Shown: positions 6,426 through 17,091 of the stretch, one piece after another
Position numbering within the stretch: position 1 is the first letter of the stretch
How the letters are laid out: each line of letters starts with the position of its first letter
IMG/VR virus record: IMGVR_UViG_3300033415_000003
Coordinates: 1-54,708 of that record
Strand: one strand, 5' to 3'
DNA length: 54,708 nt
Origin: a virus
Lineage: Duplodnaviria > Caudoviricetes
Made by a program: the position numbers and the translations under genes
Notes under the pieces: generated by a model
The model's database searches: none
The model's input: the letters and a program-made list of their open reading frames with translations, nothing else
What the model was told of the DNA's origin: nothing

Positions 6426-6634
6426 ACGTTATATGTTTTTATTATTCTTGTTATTGGCAATAAAGTAAGTTGTGATTCTATAAATTTTTCGGCAGATTCT
6501 ATTGTATTAAAAAATCCCGACGTATTTGCATCAATATTTGATGGATTATACCAAAATAGATTTAAAAATTTCTTTTGAACTTCATAATCTTTATATGTCC
6601 CATAATCATACTCTTTTATTCTATATTTTTTCAT
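6422..6634 (-). CDS. hypothetical protein
   Basis: ORF with coupled start/stop. Confidence 0.6.
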   Translation of the reverse strand: MKKYRIKEYDYGTYKDYEVQKKFLNLFWYNPSNIDANTSGFFNTIESAEKFIESQLTLLPITRIIKTYNV

Positions 6635-7134
6635 TAGTCGAATAATGGAATATTAGCTGCAGGTAATTCATCTGGATCAATTTCTTCAGTTTCATCTACA
6701 AGATCTAAATCTTCAACTATCATTAATGGTTGAGCCTTTGTAGATACTAAAGATTCATTTTTAGCTACTTCTTTAAGAATCATGTAAGGTAAATCTTTTA
6801 TTGTACCATTAAGTAATCCCGCGACTTGAAATTTTAACCATTCTTCTTCTTCAATTAATCTACATATAAGATTGGTTTCTTCACGTTCTACTAAAATATA
6901 TTTTCCATAAGGAAGACCTTTGGTATAATGCAATACATCTTTTGAGAATATTCCACCTTTACCATTAGTAAAATTAGAAAATTGCATACTAGTCATATCT
7001 CCTGGCAGAAATATCGTATGTTTTCCGTCTATAACATTGATTACAACATTATTTATAACATTAGGTATTAATTCATTAATATTAATATCTGATACACTAT
7101 AATCTTCTGATTCTATTTTTTTAACTTCTTTCAT
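6634..7134 (-). CDS. hypothetical protein, acidic C-terminus
   Basis: ORF. Confidence 0.65.
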   Translation of the reverse strand: MKEVKKIESEDYSVSDININELIPNVINNVVINVIDGKHTIFLPGDMTSMQFSNFTNGKGGIFSKDVLHYTKGLPYGKYILVEREETNLICRLIEEEEWLKFQVAGLLNGTIKDLPYMILKEVAKNESLVSTKAQPLMIVEDLDLVDETEEIDPDELPAANIPLFD

Positions 7135-7418
7135 TTTGTGATATGTATATTTATTTCTTGTTCTATATTTTTATCAATAGAGTCAAATTCATCATATTTT
7201 TTGTATATGAATTTTAACTTTTCTATTACTACATTTAATTCTGCCGATAAAGATATTTTTCTTCCATCATATGCAGATTTCATTATTCTTTCATGCCAGC
7301 TATTAGATAGAATTATCATGCCAGGAGTTGAATAATACTCAATAATAGCTTCTATTCCTCCAACTTCATATACTAATAAAACATCTTTTACTCTTGGATA
7401 AAAAGATGTTTGCGTCAT
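7131..7418 (-). CDS. hypothetical protein
   Basis: ORF. Confidence 0.6.
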   Translation of the reverse strand: MTQTSFYPRVKDVLLVYEVGGIEAIIEYYSTPGMIILSNSWHERIMKSAYDGRKISLSAELNVVIEKLKFIYKKYDEFDSIDKNIEQEINIHITK

Positions 7419-7834
7419 TTTTGATCTAACATTTTTTGAAATGTTTTTAATTCAGTAACAATAAGGTCAGGGAAAAATTCAAGCGCGTCATAAATACTTT
7501 TTTTATCAAATTCCATTTTCTTAGCATACGCTGTTACAAGTGTATCACTAACTTTAATCTTTGTTTCTTTCTTTTCTTTTGCTTGTTTTACACCTTTTAC
7601 AAACATCCAATGTGGAGTTCTTCCGCCATATGTCTTATATAAGTATTTTTGCCAAAAATCCATCACACTAGCCTGATCAATCTTTATATGTTGTAAAGCT
7701 GCAGCTTGAATTGGATGTTGTATAGCAAATCTTCTTGAAAGAAGAAAAAACCACTTGCGTTTATCACTAGCAGCAACATCTTGCCACTCACCTGGTCTTT
7801 CAAACATAATTTTTGTAAGGTCAAATAATTCCAT
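7415..7834 (-). CDS. possible clamp-loader small subunit (T4 gp62-like)
   Basis: Size, MELFD start and F-x-x-x-R helix resemble gp62-like proteins; gp44-like gene nearby. Confidence 0.45.
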   Translation of the reverse strand: MELFDLTKIMFERPGEWQDVAASDKRKWFFLLSRRFAIQHPIQAAALQHIKIDQASVMDFWQKYLYKTYGGRTPHWMFVKGVKQAKEKKETKIKVSDTLVTAYAKKMEFDKKSIYDALEFFPDLIVTELKTFQKMLDQK

Positions 7835-7879
7835 TTATTAAATTTATTATTTTATTATAAAAGATTAATAAGGTTTTAT

Positions 7880-9094
7880 TTAAAATAATTTTTTATTCAT
7901 GTTAATTCTATCTAAATGTCCAAATATGGAAGCTTCTGAACCAGTTGTTTTAGATTTTCCACCATAACTACTGCTTACGTATCTAGTGCCTTGTAACAAA
8001 TTATGCATAGTTATACTTGCAACATCTATTCTAGGTTTAGCTAAAAGAATATCCTTTTCAGCTTCAAATTTTTCCTTTATTGAATCAGGAAAAACAAATG
8101 GGTCAAGTGCAACTAATTTAATTTGTCGATTTAATCTAGTACCAATATCAAAAGATGGAGTTTGTTTTGTATATTTTATTAACAATTCAAGGACTTTTTC
8201 CTTTTTTTCTAAAATGTTAAAATAATCTAATGGTCTTACTGCAGTAGATTGTAGATCTTCATAGAGTTTATCAAATTTAGACTCAGTAAACCTTGCGGTT
8301 TTTGGATCTCCATTTTTATCTACACCCGGAATTATCCATGTAAATATAGATGGAATCTCATCTCCGTCGTCTCCACAGAATATTTTCCGAAGTCTAATCA
8401 TACGACCGTCAACTTCTTCAAATTTAGTTTTATCCATTGTTAAGATTCGTTTAAACGATTCTTTATCTGGATTTATAGACGCACTCATATTCCATATACT
8501 AACTTCTTCATCATCTTTATTTACCCAATTATTAAATCCTGCCGGAATAAATAATTTTCTTGATGCATTTTTGCCTTGTAGAAATGGATTAAAAACTGTA
8601 GCGTAGGCGGGTGTAGAAGCTTCTTCATTAAAGAAAACCAATTGTCTAATATCTTCATCGCCTGAAACGGATATGATATGTTCATTTCTATCGAACGCAA
8701 ATACATGACTCCATAATGCCATAATATCATCGGCTTCAGCTGTATCTATTTTTGATACTAAAAATCCATAATCATTTGCTAATGAAAGAAATTCATCCAT
8801 AACGGAATACACATTATTCCAATTAAGTTTAACTTTCTTTTCTTCACGACTAGCTTTGTATCCATCGTTTTCCTCTATGTGAATTTGTTTTCGCCATGAT
8901 TTGGAATCAACGGTGAAAATTACTCTGGCTGGATTCATTCCTCTTATGATGAACGAAGTGTCCATTGCAACTTTTCGCATTAATTCATCAAGTTCTTTTT
9001 GATTATCAAAGGTATAAGACTTTTGTCCAAACCCTGATATAGCAAAAAGAGATCGCATAAATATGTTACTAATGTCGAATTGTAAATTTATCAT
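7880..9094 (-). CDS. 5'-3' exonuclease / T4 RNase H-like flap endonuclease
   Basis: D-x-SN, SWRK, YKASR, EADDIMA, SGDEDIRQL, GDDGDEIP motifs. Confidence 0.88.
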   Translation of the reverse strand: MINLQFDISNIFMRSLFAISGFGQKSYTFDNQKELDELMRKVAMDTSFIIRGMNPARVIFTVDSKSWRKQIHIEENDGYKASREEKKVKLNWNNVYSVMDEFLSLANDYGFLVSKIDTAEADDIMALWSHVFAFDRNEHIISVSGDEDIRQLVFFNEEASTPAYATVFNPFLQGKNASRKLFIPAGFNNWVNKDDEEVSIWNMSASINPDKESFKRILTMDKTKFEEVDGRMIRLRKIFCGDDGDEIPSIFTWIIPGVDKNGDPKTARFTESKFDKLYEDLQSTAVRPLDYFNILEKKEKVLELLIKYTKQTPSFDIGTRLNRQIKLVALDPFVFPDSIKEKFEAEKDILLAKPRIDVASITMHNLLQGTRYVSSSYGGKSKTTGSEASIFGHLDRINMNKKLF

Positions 9095-9259
9095 TTATGA
9101 ATTTTATTATAAAATATAGAATATATTATAAGACTATTGTTTATTAAGGTAGTTGAATGATTATATGATATATTATTTGTATTAAACCATGTGTTAATAA
9201 CTGATTCCATATAGTCTTCTTCACATCCTGTGTTAAATTTAAAAATTTTTATATGCATA

Positions 9260-9436
9260 TTAGCTTAATAGTAAATTAGGTTTTTCGGAATATGTAACAT
9301 TTACAATTACTTTTCCATCACGTTCCATCATAGATGTACTTTTTACCGATGCACCTTTGTTTTCATTCAAGAACTTGTTGATCTCTGGCTGTACTTGGTC
9401 AGCGCTATCAACTACCAATACTTTTACTTTGTCCAT
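9260..9436 (-). CDS. small hypothetical protein (58 aa, MDKVKVLVVDSADQ...)
   Basis: ORF read by eye. Confidence 0.55.
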   Translation of the reverse strand: MDKVKVLVVDSADQVQPEINKFLNENKGASVKSTSMMERDGKVIVNVTYSEKPNLLLS

Positions 9437-9452
9437 TATTTATCTTTTTATA

Positions 9453-9869
9453 TTATTGTTCAGATATTTCATCTGTTATTTTTTTATATTCTGACGTGAA
9501 CTGTTCAGTCTTAACTGTGTTCAAAAAATTAAATAAATTATTATCTCGTAATACAAATTTAACATAACCATCCTCGTATATTTTATCATCCCATCTAAAC
9601 GCAGTATAAAATTTAGGATCTATATTATTAGGTTTATATATAGCTTCAACTATTTTCTTAGATTTAATTATTTTACATATCATTGTTTGAGAAGCATTAT
9701 TCAAACGAATAGATACAATAGTAAAAACAAGACCCATTGGTAAGATTATATTGCCCTTTTTTAAGTCAGAATTAGAATAGTATAAGTTAAAAGATTTATC
9801 ACTTACATAATCTTCAGTAAGTATATACTTATTTGATGCTCTAAAATTTAGTAATTCATTTAATTTCAT
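9453..9869 (-). CDS. hypothetical protein
   Basis: ORF. Confidence 0.6.
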   Translation of the reverse strand: MKLNELLNFRASNKYILTEDYVSDKSFNLYYSNSDLKKGNIILPMGLVFTIVSIRLNNASQTMICKIIKSKKIVEAIYKPNNIDPKFYTAFRWDDKIYEDGYVKFVLRDNNLFNFLNTVKTEQFTSEYKKITDEISEQ

Positions 9870-9871
9870 AA

Positions 9872-10285
9872 TTATAATAGTTTTAAATGTTTAGTTATTT
9901 TGTCTATTTCATCTGACCAATCTGGCCCTATACAAATGCAAGTCTTTGTCTTCACCCCATGAAATTCTGTAAGACCATTATCTTCAATCATTATAGTGTT
10001 CAAACCTGCCAAAGAAGCTTGATTATAAATGTCTAAAAGTTCTTCTTCACTATCTACGCTTACACATATTTTTGTGAATGAATCTTTTAACCATTGAGAT
10101 TCAGGCTCGTTTTCCCATAAATAAAGAGATCTTTTTTGATATTCCGGATAAGTAGTTGATTCCATCATTTGAAGTATTGCGCCAAGAGACGCATGTGCAG
10201 CTTGAGCACATTCTTTTCCCCGACGCATTTTCAAATCTTTGCGCATAACAATAACTTGTTTAACGTGTCTTTCTTCTATTGTCAT
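9872..10285 (-). CDS. pth2: peptidyl-tRNA hydrolase, Pth2 family
   Basis: KQVIVMRKDLKMRRGK..AQAAHA, KICV, DNGLTE, IGP...IDKITKHLKLL. Confidence 0.93.
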   Translation of the reverse strand: MTIEERHVKQVIVMRKDLKMRRGKECAQAAHASLGAILQMMESTTYPEYQKRSLYLWENEPESQWLKDSFTKICVSVDSEEELLDIYNQASLAGLNTIMIEDNGLTEFHGVKTKTCICIGPDWSDEIDKITKHLKLL

Positions 10286-10548
10286 TCGTATACTGTAATT
10301 ATTTTTGTTTTTTCAAACACTTCTTGCATTGTTTGATCTAATAGATCTGATCCATTATGGCCAAATTGTGTATATGTGAAGCCAAAAAATTTGCCATCTG
10401 AAATTCGTTGCACAACACATTTATAATCTACAAACCCTTTTTCACCATCAAAATCACATTCATTTTGTTCAATCAATTTATATCCATCCCAATCTTCGGG
10501 GTAATCTTCAATATGTACGTCTCTAATTTTAATTTTTTCTCTTGTCAT
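10282..10548 (-). CDS. hypothetical protein, paralog of the next gene
   Basis: VVQRISDGKFF...MQEVFEKTKIITVYE. Confidence 0.65.
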   Translation of the reverse strand: MTREKIKIRDVHIEDYPEDWDGYKLIEQNECDFDGEKGFVDYKCVVQRISDGKFFGFTYTQFGHNGSDLLDQTMQEVFEKTKIITVYE

Positions 10549-10549
10549 C

Positions 10550-10843
10550 TTATTTGTATATTGTTTTTGTTATTACTTCAGGAAATACTTCTTCCATGTA
10601 GTTATCGCCAAATTCCATCATATACCCATTATTATATCCAGCATCCCAACAATTCCATTTGAAATATTTTTTATCGCTTTGTCGTTGAGCGACAATATCC
10701 CATGATGGGCCATCTGACTTCTCATCAGTTCTGATGACTTCTACAACAAGATAAACTTCGTTTCTTAACACCCATTGTGTCCCGCCAGTAAAATCAAAGT
10801 ATTCTAATTCTTCTTCTGTTAAATGAATTCGCTCTTTTTTCAT
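10550..10843 (-). CDS. hypothetical protein, paralog of the previous gene
   Basis: VAQRQSDKKYF...MEEVFPEVITKTIYK. Confidence 0.65.
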   Translation of the reverse strand: MKKERIHLTEEELEYFDFTGGTQWVLRNEVYLVVEVIRTDEKSDGPSWDIVAQRQSDKKYFKWNCWDAGYNNGYMMEFGDNYMEEVFPEVITKTIYK

Positions 10844-10844
10844 C

Positions 10845-11801
10845 TTATTGATTTATAATTATTTGTATCTTTAGTACTAACGCTAACAGCGATAATAAGG
10901 GATCTATCACATTAATCCGTTGTGCTTGATATTCAGCTGTTGTAATTAGTACTAATGGTAGTTTGTCTAATTTGTTAGGGCATTCAGACTTTAAAAACTC
11001 AACGAAATCAAAACTAAGCGCGTTCATGGCCTCGTCAACTTTACTTCCAAATTCTGACACTATGAATTTATAATTTTCATATGGTTTGTCTGATTTACTA
11101 ACACATAGTTTAAAAAGGTCGTTAAAATCAAAATTCAAATTAAAATTACCAGAATTTAATTCTTTTATTCCTTGTAAATAAAATGATTGAATCTTATTCA
11201 TCAATCGTCTCATATCAGGAAATGAATTTTTTATAAACTTATCAAGAATTTCTGGCGTATATGTAATCCCAGCAGCAGTAAGTATTGTACCAACACGTTG
11301 TTTATATTCATTGAATGTATATTCCTCTTCATCTGCACTTATTGGATCTAACGAAATGCAATTAAATCTAGATTGTACAGGTTCTGGTATTTTATTGATA
11401 TAATTACAAGTTGCAATGAATCTACAAACATTTGCATATTTTTCCATAACAGCTCGTAAAGCTTTAAAAAATTCTTCTGTAGCTCCATCCATCTCATCCA
11501 GAATAACTACCTTTAATTTTTCCCTTCCACCTTCCAATGAAATAGAAGAACAAAATTTTGATATTCTTTCTCTGATAACATCAATACCACGTTCTGATGA
11601 TGCATTGATATATAAGTGAGTTGTATCTTTCATCATTATGAAAGCAATACTCGTTTTTCCTATACCTGGACTGCCATAAAGTAATAAATTTTGAACTAAT
11701 CCTCTAGATAACTCATTTTTAATTCTAGCCGGCGCAATTAAGGTTGCTAAATCTTTAGGTCTAAACCTTTCTGTAAAAAGCTGTTGTACGATTTGTGTCA
11801 T
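10845..11801 (-). CDS. clamp loader large subunit (T4 gp44/RFC AAA+)
   Basis: ERFRP, GSPGIGKTS, INAS, LDEMD, TCN, SRF, PDMRR. Confidence 0.93.
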   Translation of the reverse strand: MTQIVQQLFTERFRPKDLATLIAPARIKNELSRGLVQNLLLYGSPGIGKTSIAFIMMKDTTHLYINASSERGIDVIRERISKFCSSISLEGGREKLKVVILDEMDGATEEFFKALRAVMEKYANVCRFIATCNYINKIPEPVQSRFNCISLDPISADEEEYTFNEYKQRVGTILTAAGITYTPEILDKFIKNSFPDMRRLMNKIQSFYLQGIKELNSGNFNLNFDFNDLFKLCVSKSDKPYENYKFIVSEFGSKVDEAMNALSFDFVEFLKSECPNKLDKLPLVLITTAEYQAQRINVIDPLLSLLALVLKIQIIINQ

Positions 11802-11830
11802 TTGTATAATATTTTATTATTATACAAATA

Positions 11831-11884
11831 TATGAAAAAAAGGTTTTAATAAAAAAATCGGTTTATTAAAACCTTTTTTTCATA
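11831..11884. terminator. 23-bp perfect inverted repeat (likely terminator), overlapping the promoter of the clamp-loader operon
   Basis: TATGAAAAAAAGGTTTTAATAAA / TTTATTAAAACCTTTTTTTCATA. Confidence 0.6.
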
Positions 11885-11885
11885 A

Positions 11886-11966
11886 TCAGAGTGAATTCAG
11901 ACTCACCATTTTAATTATAATAGGGTATTATATAAATTAAAAAATACACCATCTGAGCGCTTCAGA
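11886..11966. repeat. TCWGA-phased intergenic element A
   Basis: TCAGA-N6-TCAGA ... TCTGA-N5-TCAGA. Confidence 0.55.
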
Positions 11967-11978
11967 TTATTGTCCAAT

Positions 11979-12833
11979 TTATTTTATATTATCGAATGTG
12001 CGCTCCACCTCCTGCACATATTTAATATATTCAGATGTATATTTTATGGTCTGATCACGATTATTTCCTAGATTAATATTAAATTCTGCTGCAATTTCTC
12101 CAGGGTTAGTTTTCATTATAAATAATTTGTTTGATAGATATACAGCTTCTCTAATATCATGGGTAACTAATATAAAAGTTACGTCTATCTTAGGATTTTT
12201 AAATAAATCTAACAATACGTTTTGTAACTCATTTCTATTCTTAATGTCAAGAGCTGAAAACGGTTCGTCAAGAAGTAAAATTTTAGGATTCGCTATAATA
12301 CTTCGTGCAATTGCAACTCTTTGTAATTGTCCACCTGATAATAACGGATGTTTTGCCCATTTATTTTCATGGCCAGCCAACCCAACAAGTTTAATCAATT
12401 CTTCAGCTTTATCGTATGCCTCAGTTTTATTAGTTTTATTTAGAATTAAAGGTAAAGCTACATTTTCAATAACACTTTTCCACGGAAGAGAAGAATACTG
12501 TTGAAATATCATAGGTACTCTATCGTCTGGAGCCATTTTTTTATCATAAATAAATAATTCCCCAGATGTAGGTTTTTGCAATCCAGCTATATATCTTAAT
12601 ATTGTAGATTTGCCGCACCCAGATTTACCTAATAATGAAACAAATTGTCCAGATTCTTTAATATCCTTTATATTAAAGTTGAAATTATCAAATAAAATAT
12701 TTTCGGATTTATTTGTCTTATAAACTTGTCTAACATTTTTTATACTTATAACATCAATGTCTTCATAAGTATTAGGATCATTTTGTGTATTATATGATCC
12801 AAAATTTTCGATAGTATCTGTTAAATATCCCAT
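11979..12833 (-). CDS. ABC transporter ATP-binding subunit (NitT/TauT-like)
   Basis: GKSGCGKST, Q loop, LSGGQLQR, LLLDEPFSALD, VTHD. Confidence 0.93.
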   Translation of the reverse strand: MGYLTDTIENFGSYNTQNDPNTYEDIDVISIKNVRQVYKTNKSENILFDNFNFNIKDIKESGQFVSLLGKSGCGKSTILRYIAGLQKPTSGELFIYDKKMAPDDRVPMIFQQYSSLPWKSVIENVALPLILNKTNKTEAYDKAEELIKLVGLAGHENKWAKHPLLSGGQLQRVAIARSIIANPKILLLDEPFSALDIKNRNELQNVLLDLFKNPKIDVTFILVTHDIREAVYLSNKLFIMKTNPGEIAAEFNINLGNNRDQTIKYTSEYIKYVQEVERTFDNIK

Positions 12834-13717
12834 TATGATTTTATTTCAGTTGGTTTCAATGAATGTTTTAATAAAAAACTAATTACTGCTGTCGATTTAA
12901 TTCTATCAATTAGCGACATTTTTATTTGAGAATCTTCAGATCTATATGGAAATAATAATCGTTCTATACCTTTAAATGTTAAATCAGAAAGATATCCTAT
13001 GATTATAATTATAATTAGAACAGCAAATACCATATCTGTTCTGCTTTGTTTAGCTGAAGTAGAAATTAAAGCGCCTACTCCTAAATCTTTAGCAATTAAT
13101 TCAGCTACAATTATATAAGTCCAAGAAATTGCAACTATAACCCTTATATCAGAAAATATTTTAGACATCACAGAAGGCAAGTATAAATGTTTAAATGTTT
13201 GCCAATTAGACGATCCTAACGTCCACATAGTTTGTTTATGTACAGAATCAGTTTCATTAACTCTAGTAACAAAAATTGGCAATAAATAAATAATAATACC
13301 AAATGATAAAAAATGCACTTTCATATCTAATCCTATGCCAAATATTCCAATAAATATTCCAGTAATTGCAGTTAATGGAATAAATCTAGTAGAATCTACC
13401 CATTTAGAAAACATACCATTTAATATAGGAAATAATCCAATCAGAAAGCCTAACGGTATAGAAATCATAATAGCTTCAATGTATCCCCATAAATTTAACT
13501 TTATTGAATACCATGTATTACCAGTTAAATTATAGTTATTATATAATTCAATTATAGATGAAACTACTTTAAACGGTGATGGAAATATAGTATTAGATAT
13601 TCCGCCGAATCTAACTATAGATTCCCATAATAGTATAATTATTACAAATCCTATAGTTGATAATATGATATTTTGACGGTTATTTAAAGATTCGCCAAAT
13701 TTAAATAAATTTTTCAT
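12833..13717 (-). CDS. ABC transporter permease (NitT/TauT-like)
   Basis: Multiple TM helices, FPSP, degenerate EAA loop, SWTYIIVAEL. Confidence 0.9.
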   Translation of the reverse strand: MKNLFKFGESLNNRQNIILSTIGFVIIILLWESIVRFGGISNTIFPSPFKVVSSIIELYNNYNLTGNTWYSIKLNLWGYIEAIMISIPLGFLIGLFPILNGMFSKWVDSTRFIPLTAITGIFIGIFGIGLDMKVHFLSFGIIIYLLPIFVTRVNETDSVHKQTMWTLGSSNWQTFKHLYLPSVMSKIFSDIRVIVAISWTYIIVAELIAKDLGVGALISTSAKQSRTDMVFAVLIIIIIIGYLSDLTFKGIERLLFPYRSEDSQIKMSLIDRIKSTAVISFLLKHSLKPTEIKS

Positions 13718-13775
13718 TTTAGTTATTTTTATACAACATAAATACTATATTAAGAAATAATTATAAACAATCTAA

Positions 13776-13812
13776 AATAAAAATAGCAAACTTTGAGTTT
13801 GCTATTTTTATT
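13776..13812. terminator. bidirectional intrinsic terminator
   Basis: AATAAAAATAGCAAACT-TTG-AGTTTGCTATTTTTATT perfect hairpin. Confidence 0.8.
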
Positions 13813-13830
13813 GTTATATTTTATTTAAAT

Positions 13831-15375
13831 TTATTCAGAAACTAATTCGAAATCAGTTTTTCTATAGGCTTCATTCGCACCTAATACTCCATCATTTATA
13901 GCCTGTGAACTTCCATTACCAATTACAATGAATTTGTTTTTGTCAAATCCATATTCTTTAATTAAATAATTGGCCACAGATTGAGCTCTTTTTTCAGACA
14001 AAATTTGATTACTTGTTGGATTACCAACTGCATCAGTATTACCTTCTATTCGTACTCTTGCCATTGCAAAAGACTTTGCGATTCCAACAAATTCTTTATC
14101 AATAACTGCTTTATCTTCATCATTTAGATCATATGATCCGGTAGGAAAATTAATAGTTACCTTTTTATTAGAAATTGCTTCTTTATTTTTAATTTTTTCA
14201 GTTACTGCAGTAAATTTAATTTCAGACTCAGCTGAATTATCCCCGGTAGCAGTAAGAGAAATAGATTCTACTATTGATGTATTAGATATACCTCGCCAAG
14301 CTAATGGGGAAGATGTTAATTTTAATCCAGAATATACAATGGACATCTTAGAATATAGTTGTTCGCCAGTTACACCTTGATAAGTAGAATTAAGTCCAAA
14401 AAAGTTTAGATTATCTCCATATGTAGCTAATCTAACATTAGCCAATCCATTTTGAGCAAATCCTTTATCTACATTAAAACATTTCGCAAAATCTACAGCG
14501 GCTTGATCCAATTTTGATTTATCACTATTAAGTTCACCATTAGCTGTTAACCATGCAGATAAAAATTTCGATAATACTTCTTTATTTTCATTAATAAATT
14601 CTTTCTTCGCAAGAAGTCCATCGGCAATAACATATGCAGCTACTTTAGTACTAACTAATACTTTTGATCCTGGAATAGCAGCTAAACAATCTCCATCATC
14701 TGGCGTCCAAACAACGGCTAAATCAGTAGTTCCTGCTTTAAATAATTTGGCAGCTTCTATACCATCAGAAACTTTAACCATTTTAATATCTGACATTTGT
14801 AATCCGTTTGATTCCAACGTTTTTATTAGAAATGTATTAGAAGCGGTGCCTTCAGCCACAGCCACAGTTTTTCCTTTCATATCTGCAACTGTATTAATAC
14901 CCTTTCTTGCTACAATTAAATCTCCACCTCTAGACCAATCTACTTGTCCAAACAATTCAGTTTTTAATTCAGACATTCCAGATTGTGCACCCATTTCAAC
15001 TGGTAGAGCATCAACTGTACAATATACAACATTAACGGCATTTGTTTTAAATGAATTTCGAGAATCATCAAAAACATCGAGAATTTTAATTTGAAGTTTA
15101 ATACCGTATTCTTTATACAAACGGCTTTCTTTATTAGGTTCAAGCGAGCCTCCGTTCATCCAGACAATTGGAGCAAAACCTGTCCATGTATTTACTCCTA
15201 ACACAATATCCGGTCCGGACGAAAAAACGTTAGAAACTTTGTTTAAAACTCCAGCTGATTTTTTTTCTGGCTGTGCATCACCTTTTGGTTTGAACATATA
15301 AATTCCACCAAATACCAATCCTACTAAAACAAGTAAGAGAAAAAACTTAAATCCAGTTGTTAATCTACTAAACAT
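13831..15375 (-). CDS. NMT1/SsuA-like substrate-binding protein fused to an OmpA-C peptidoglycan-binding domain
   Basis: N-terminal TM anchor, WTGFAP, DWSRGGD, DMKGKTVAV; C-terminal IEGNTDAVG..NQILSEKRAQSVANYL. Confidence 0.88.
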   Translation of the reverse strand: MFSRLTTGFKFFLLLVLVGLVFGGIYMFKPKGDAQPEKKSAGVLNKVSNVFSSGPDIVLGVNTWTGFAPIVWMNGGSLEPNKESRLYKEYGIKLQIKILDVFDDSRNSFKTNAVNVVYCTVDALPVEMGAQSGMSELKTELFGQVDWSRGGDLIVARKGINTVADMKGKTVAVAEGTASNTFLIKTLESNGLQMSDIKMVKVSDGIEAAKLFKAGTTDLAVVWTPDDGDCLAAIPGSKVLVSTKVAAYVIADGLLAKKEFINENKEVLSKFLSAWLTANGELNSDKSKLDQAAVDFAKCFNVDKGFAQNGLANVRLATYGDNLNFFGLNSTYQGVTGEQLYSKMSIVYSGLKLTSSPLAWRGISNTSIVESISLTATGDNSAESEIKFTAVTEKIKNKEAISNKKVTINFPTGSYDLNDEDKAVIDKEFVGIAKSFAMARVRIEGNTDAVGNPTSNQILSEKRAQSVANYLIKEYGFDKNKFIVIGNGSSQAINDGVLGANEAYRKTDFELVSE

Positions 15376-15405
15376 AACTTTTAATTTTTAAGTGTTGATA
15401 ATTAA

Positions 15406-16455
15406 TTATAAATATTTCGATTTTCTTTGCGATGTATAATTACCTTCAACAGGCAATTTATCTGGTTCAGTATTAATAGAAAATTTAACCGCATCTGTAT
15501 TGCCTTTCATGAGGGCTAATGTTGATGGAGGGTTTTTTAATCCACTAAACATTCCCTCAATTCCAATTTCATTATACTTTTTAATCAAATCATCACCTTT
15601 AATGCCAAACATCTCTTTCTCAACATCTATTTGGTCCATTAAGCCTCCTGCTGTATTTACAACTCTATCCATTTCTCCCACCCTTCCCATAATATCATCA
15701 TTAACAAATTGGAAAGCTTGATTATACAATGCAAGTTCATCCGGATTACCTTTTATGACAGACATTGCGCTTTTAAAGGCAGAGTGCGAAAGTTTTATCA
15801 TCTTATATCTCTCTTCTTGAGCATTTACTTCATTTTCAGAATCTTGGGCATACAATTTAGCCATTTCAGCTATTTTACTCATCATATTATACCATTTTTC
15901 TGAAGATTCAGACATTTCAATATAACTTTTAGTTAAATCAGTTAATCTGGTAACTTGTCGTTTTTCAATCAACGCTACGTCTCTTTTACCTTGATTTTCC
16001 GCCGCTTGAGCTCTATCTAATGAATCTTGTAATTCAGCTTTCTTTTGTCGGATTTTATCCTTTAACGCAATTCTAACTCCATTAAGTTTATTCATACTAA
16101 TTTCCATTTCTTCAATCTTTTGATACATTTTTTTAATGCCATCTTTAAGAATTGATATTGGATCCATTTTTACAATCAATCCAAGAAATTTAGTTACATA
16201 AATCATATACATTGTAGATACAGCTAATCTGAAATTTTTATCAAATGCTATGTATAATATAGCAGCTGACGCAACTCCACATACAATTAATCCTAATAGA
16301 TTCTGAGCAAACGCATAAATTGCACCAATGTTAAATATAACTGCAATAACAACAATAGCAAGTAATATTAAGCCAAACGTACCCCCTCTTTTTTTAAATG
16401 GGTCAACTAATGCTTGACCACCCATTTTAGCTAAACCGTTGATAGACTGTTCCAT
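15406..16455 (-). CDS. membrane-anchored coiled-coil protein, PspA/IM30-like
   Basis: N-terminal TM helices then DPISILKD..long helical region with A..A...G..D.A. Confidence 0.6.
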   Translation of the reverse strand: MEQSINGLAKMGGQALVDPFKKRGGTFGLILLAIVVIAVIFNIGAIYAFAQNLLGLIVCGVASAAILYIAFDKNFRLAVSTMYMIYVTKFLGLIVKMDPISILKDGIKKMYQKIEEMEISMNKLNGVRIALKDKIRQKKAELQDSLDRAQAAENQGKRDVALIEKRQVTRLTDLTKSYIEMSESSEKWYNMMSKIAEMAKLYAQDSENEVNAQEERYKMIKLSHSAFKSAMSVIKGNPDELALYNQAFQFVNDDIMGRVGEMDRVVNTAGGLMDQIDVEKEMFGIKGDDLIKKYNEIGIEGMFSGLKNPPSTLALMKGNTDAVKFSINTEPDKLPVEGNYTSQRKSKYL

Positions 16456-16458
16456 AAC

Positions 16459-17091
16459 TTATTGAATATAATTATTAATTTTTTGTTTATCATTTGATAA
16501 GGTTGAAATTACTTTATCAACAGATTGTTTGAAATTTGACTCTGTCATTTTTAATTTCATTTCTTCTTGCTGAACTTCCTGAGTTGATACCATCACAAAC
16601 TCATTAAGTTCTTTTATTTCATTGCTTAACACAATTATTTTTTCCTGTGATTGCGTAATTTTAAGCTTTTTGTTTTCAACATTTTCTTTAAATGTTTCAG
16701 CTAATTCATTATTAAATGTCAAAAGCTCGTTATTAATAATATCGATATAAACATCGATAGATGTTAATAATTTTTCTTTTGTTGAGCCCTGACTTTTAAG
16801 AATAGAAAAAACTGTAATAAATTTAGTTGTCTCATCAATTGGGACATCTTTCATATTATCAAGAGCTTGTTTAAACTCCACATAATCTAATCCCGGAATG
16901 TTATTGTCTGTAATAACATTTTCAAGCATTTGAATAAATTTATCATCTGGAACACCAACTATTCCACGATTTTCAATTTTATTAAATACAGATGAAGTTT
17001 CTACTGGTTTAACTTCTACAGGTTTAGAATCTAACGCAGATTGGTTTTTTACCTCTACTGCGGGTTTTACGATTAAATCTAAAAATCCCAT
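16459..17091 (-). CDS. helical hypothetical protein, first gene of the ABC/OmpA operon
   Basis: NIPGLDYVEFKQAL motif, coiled coil; promoter at 17121. Confidence 0.7.
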   Translation of the reverse strand: MGFLDLIVKPAVEVKNQSALDSKPVEVKPVETSSVFNKIENRGIVGVPDDKFIQMLENVITDNNIPGLDYVEFKQALDNMKDVPIDETTKFITVFSILKSQGSTKEKLLTSIDVYIDIINNELLTFNNELAETFKENVENKKLKITQSQEKIIVLSNEIKELNEFVMVSTQEVQQEEMKLKMTESNFKQSVDKVISTLSNDKQKINNYIQ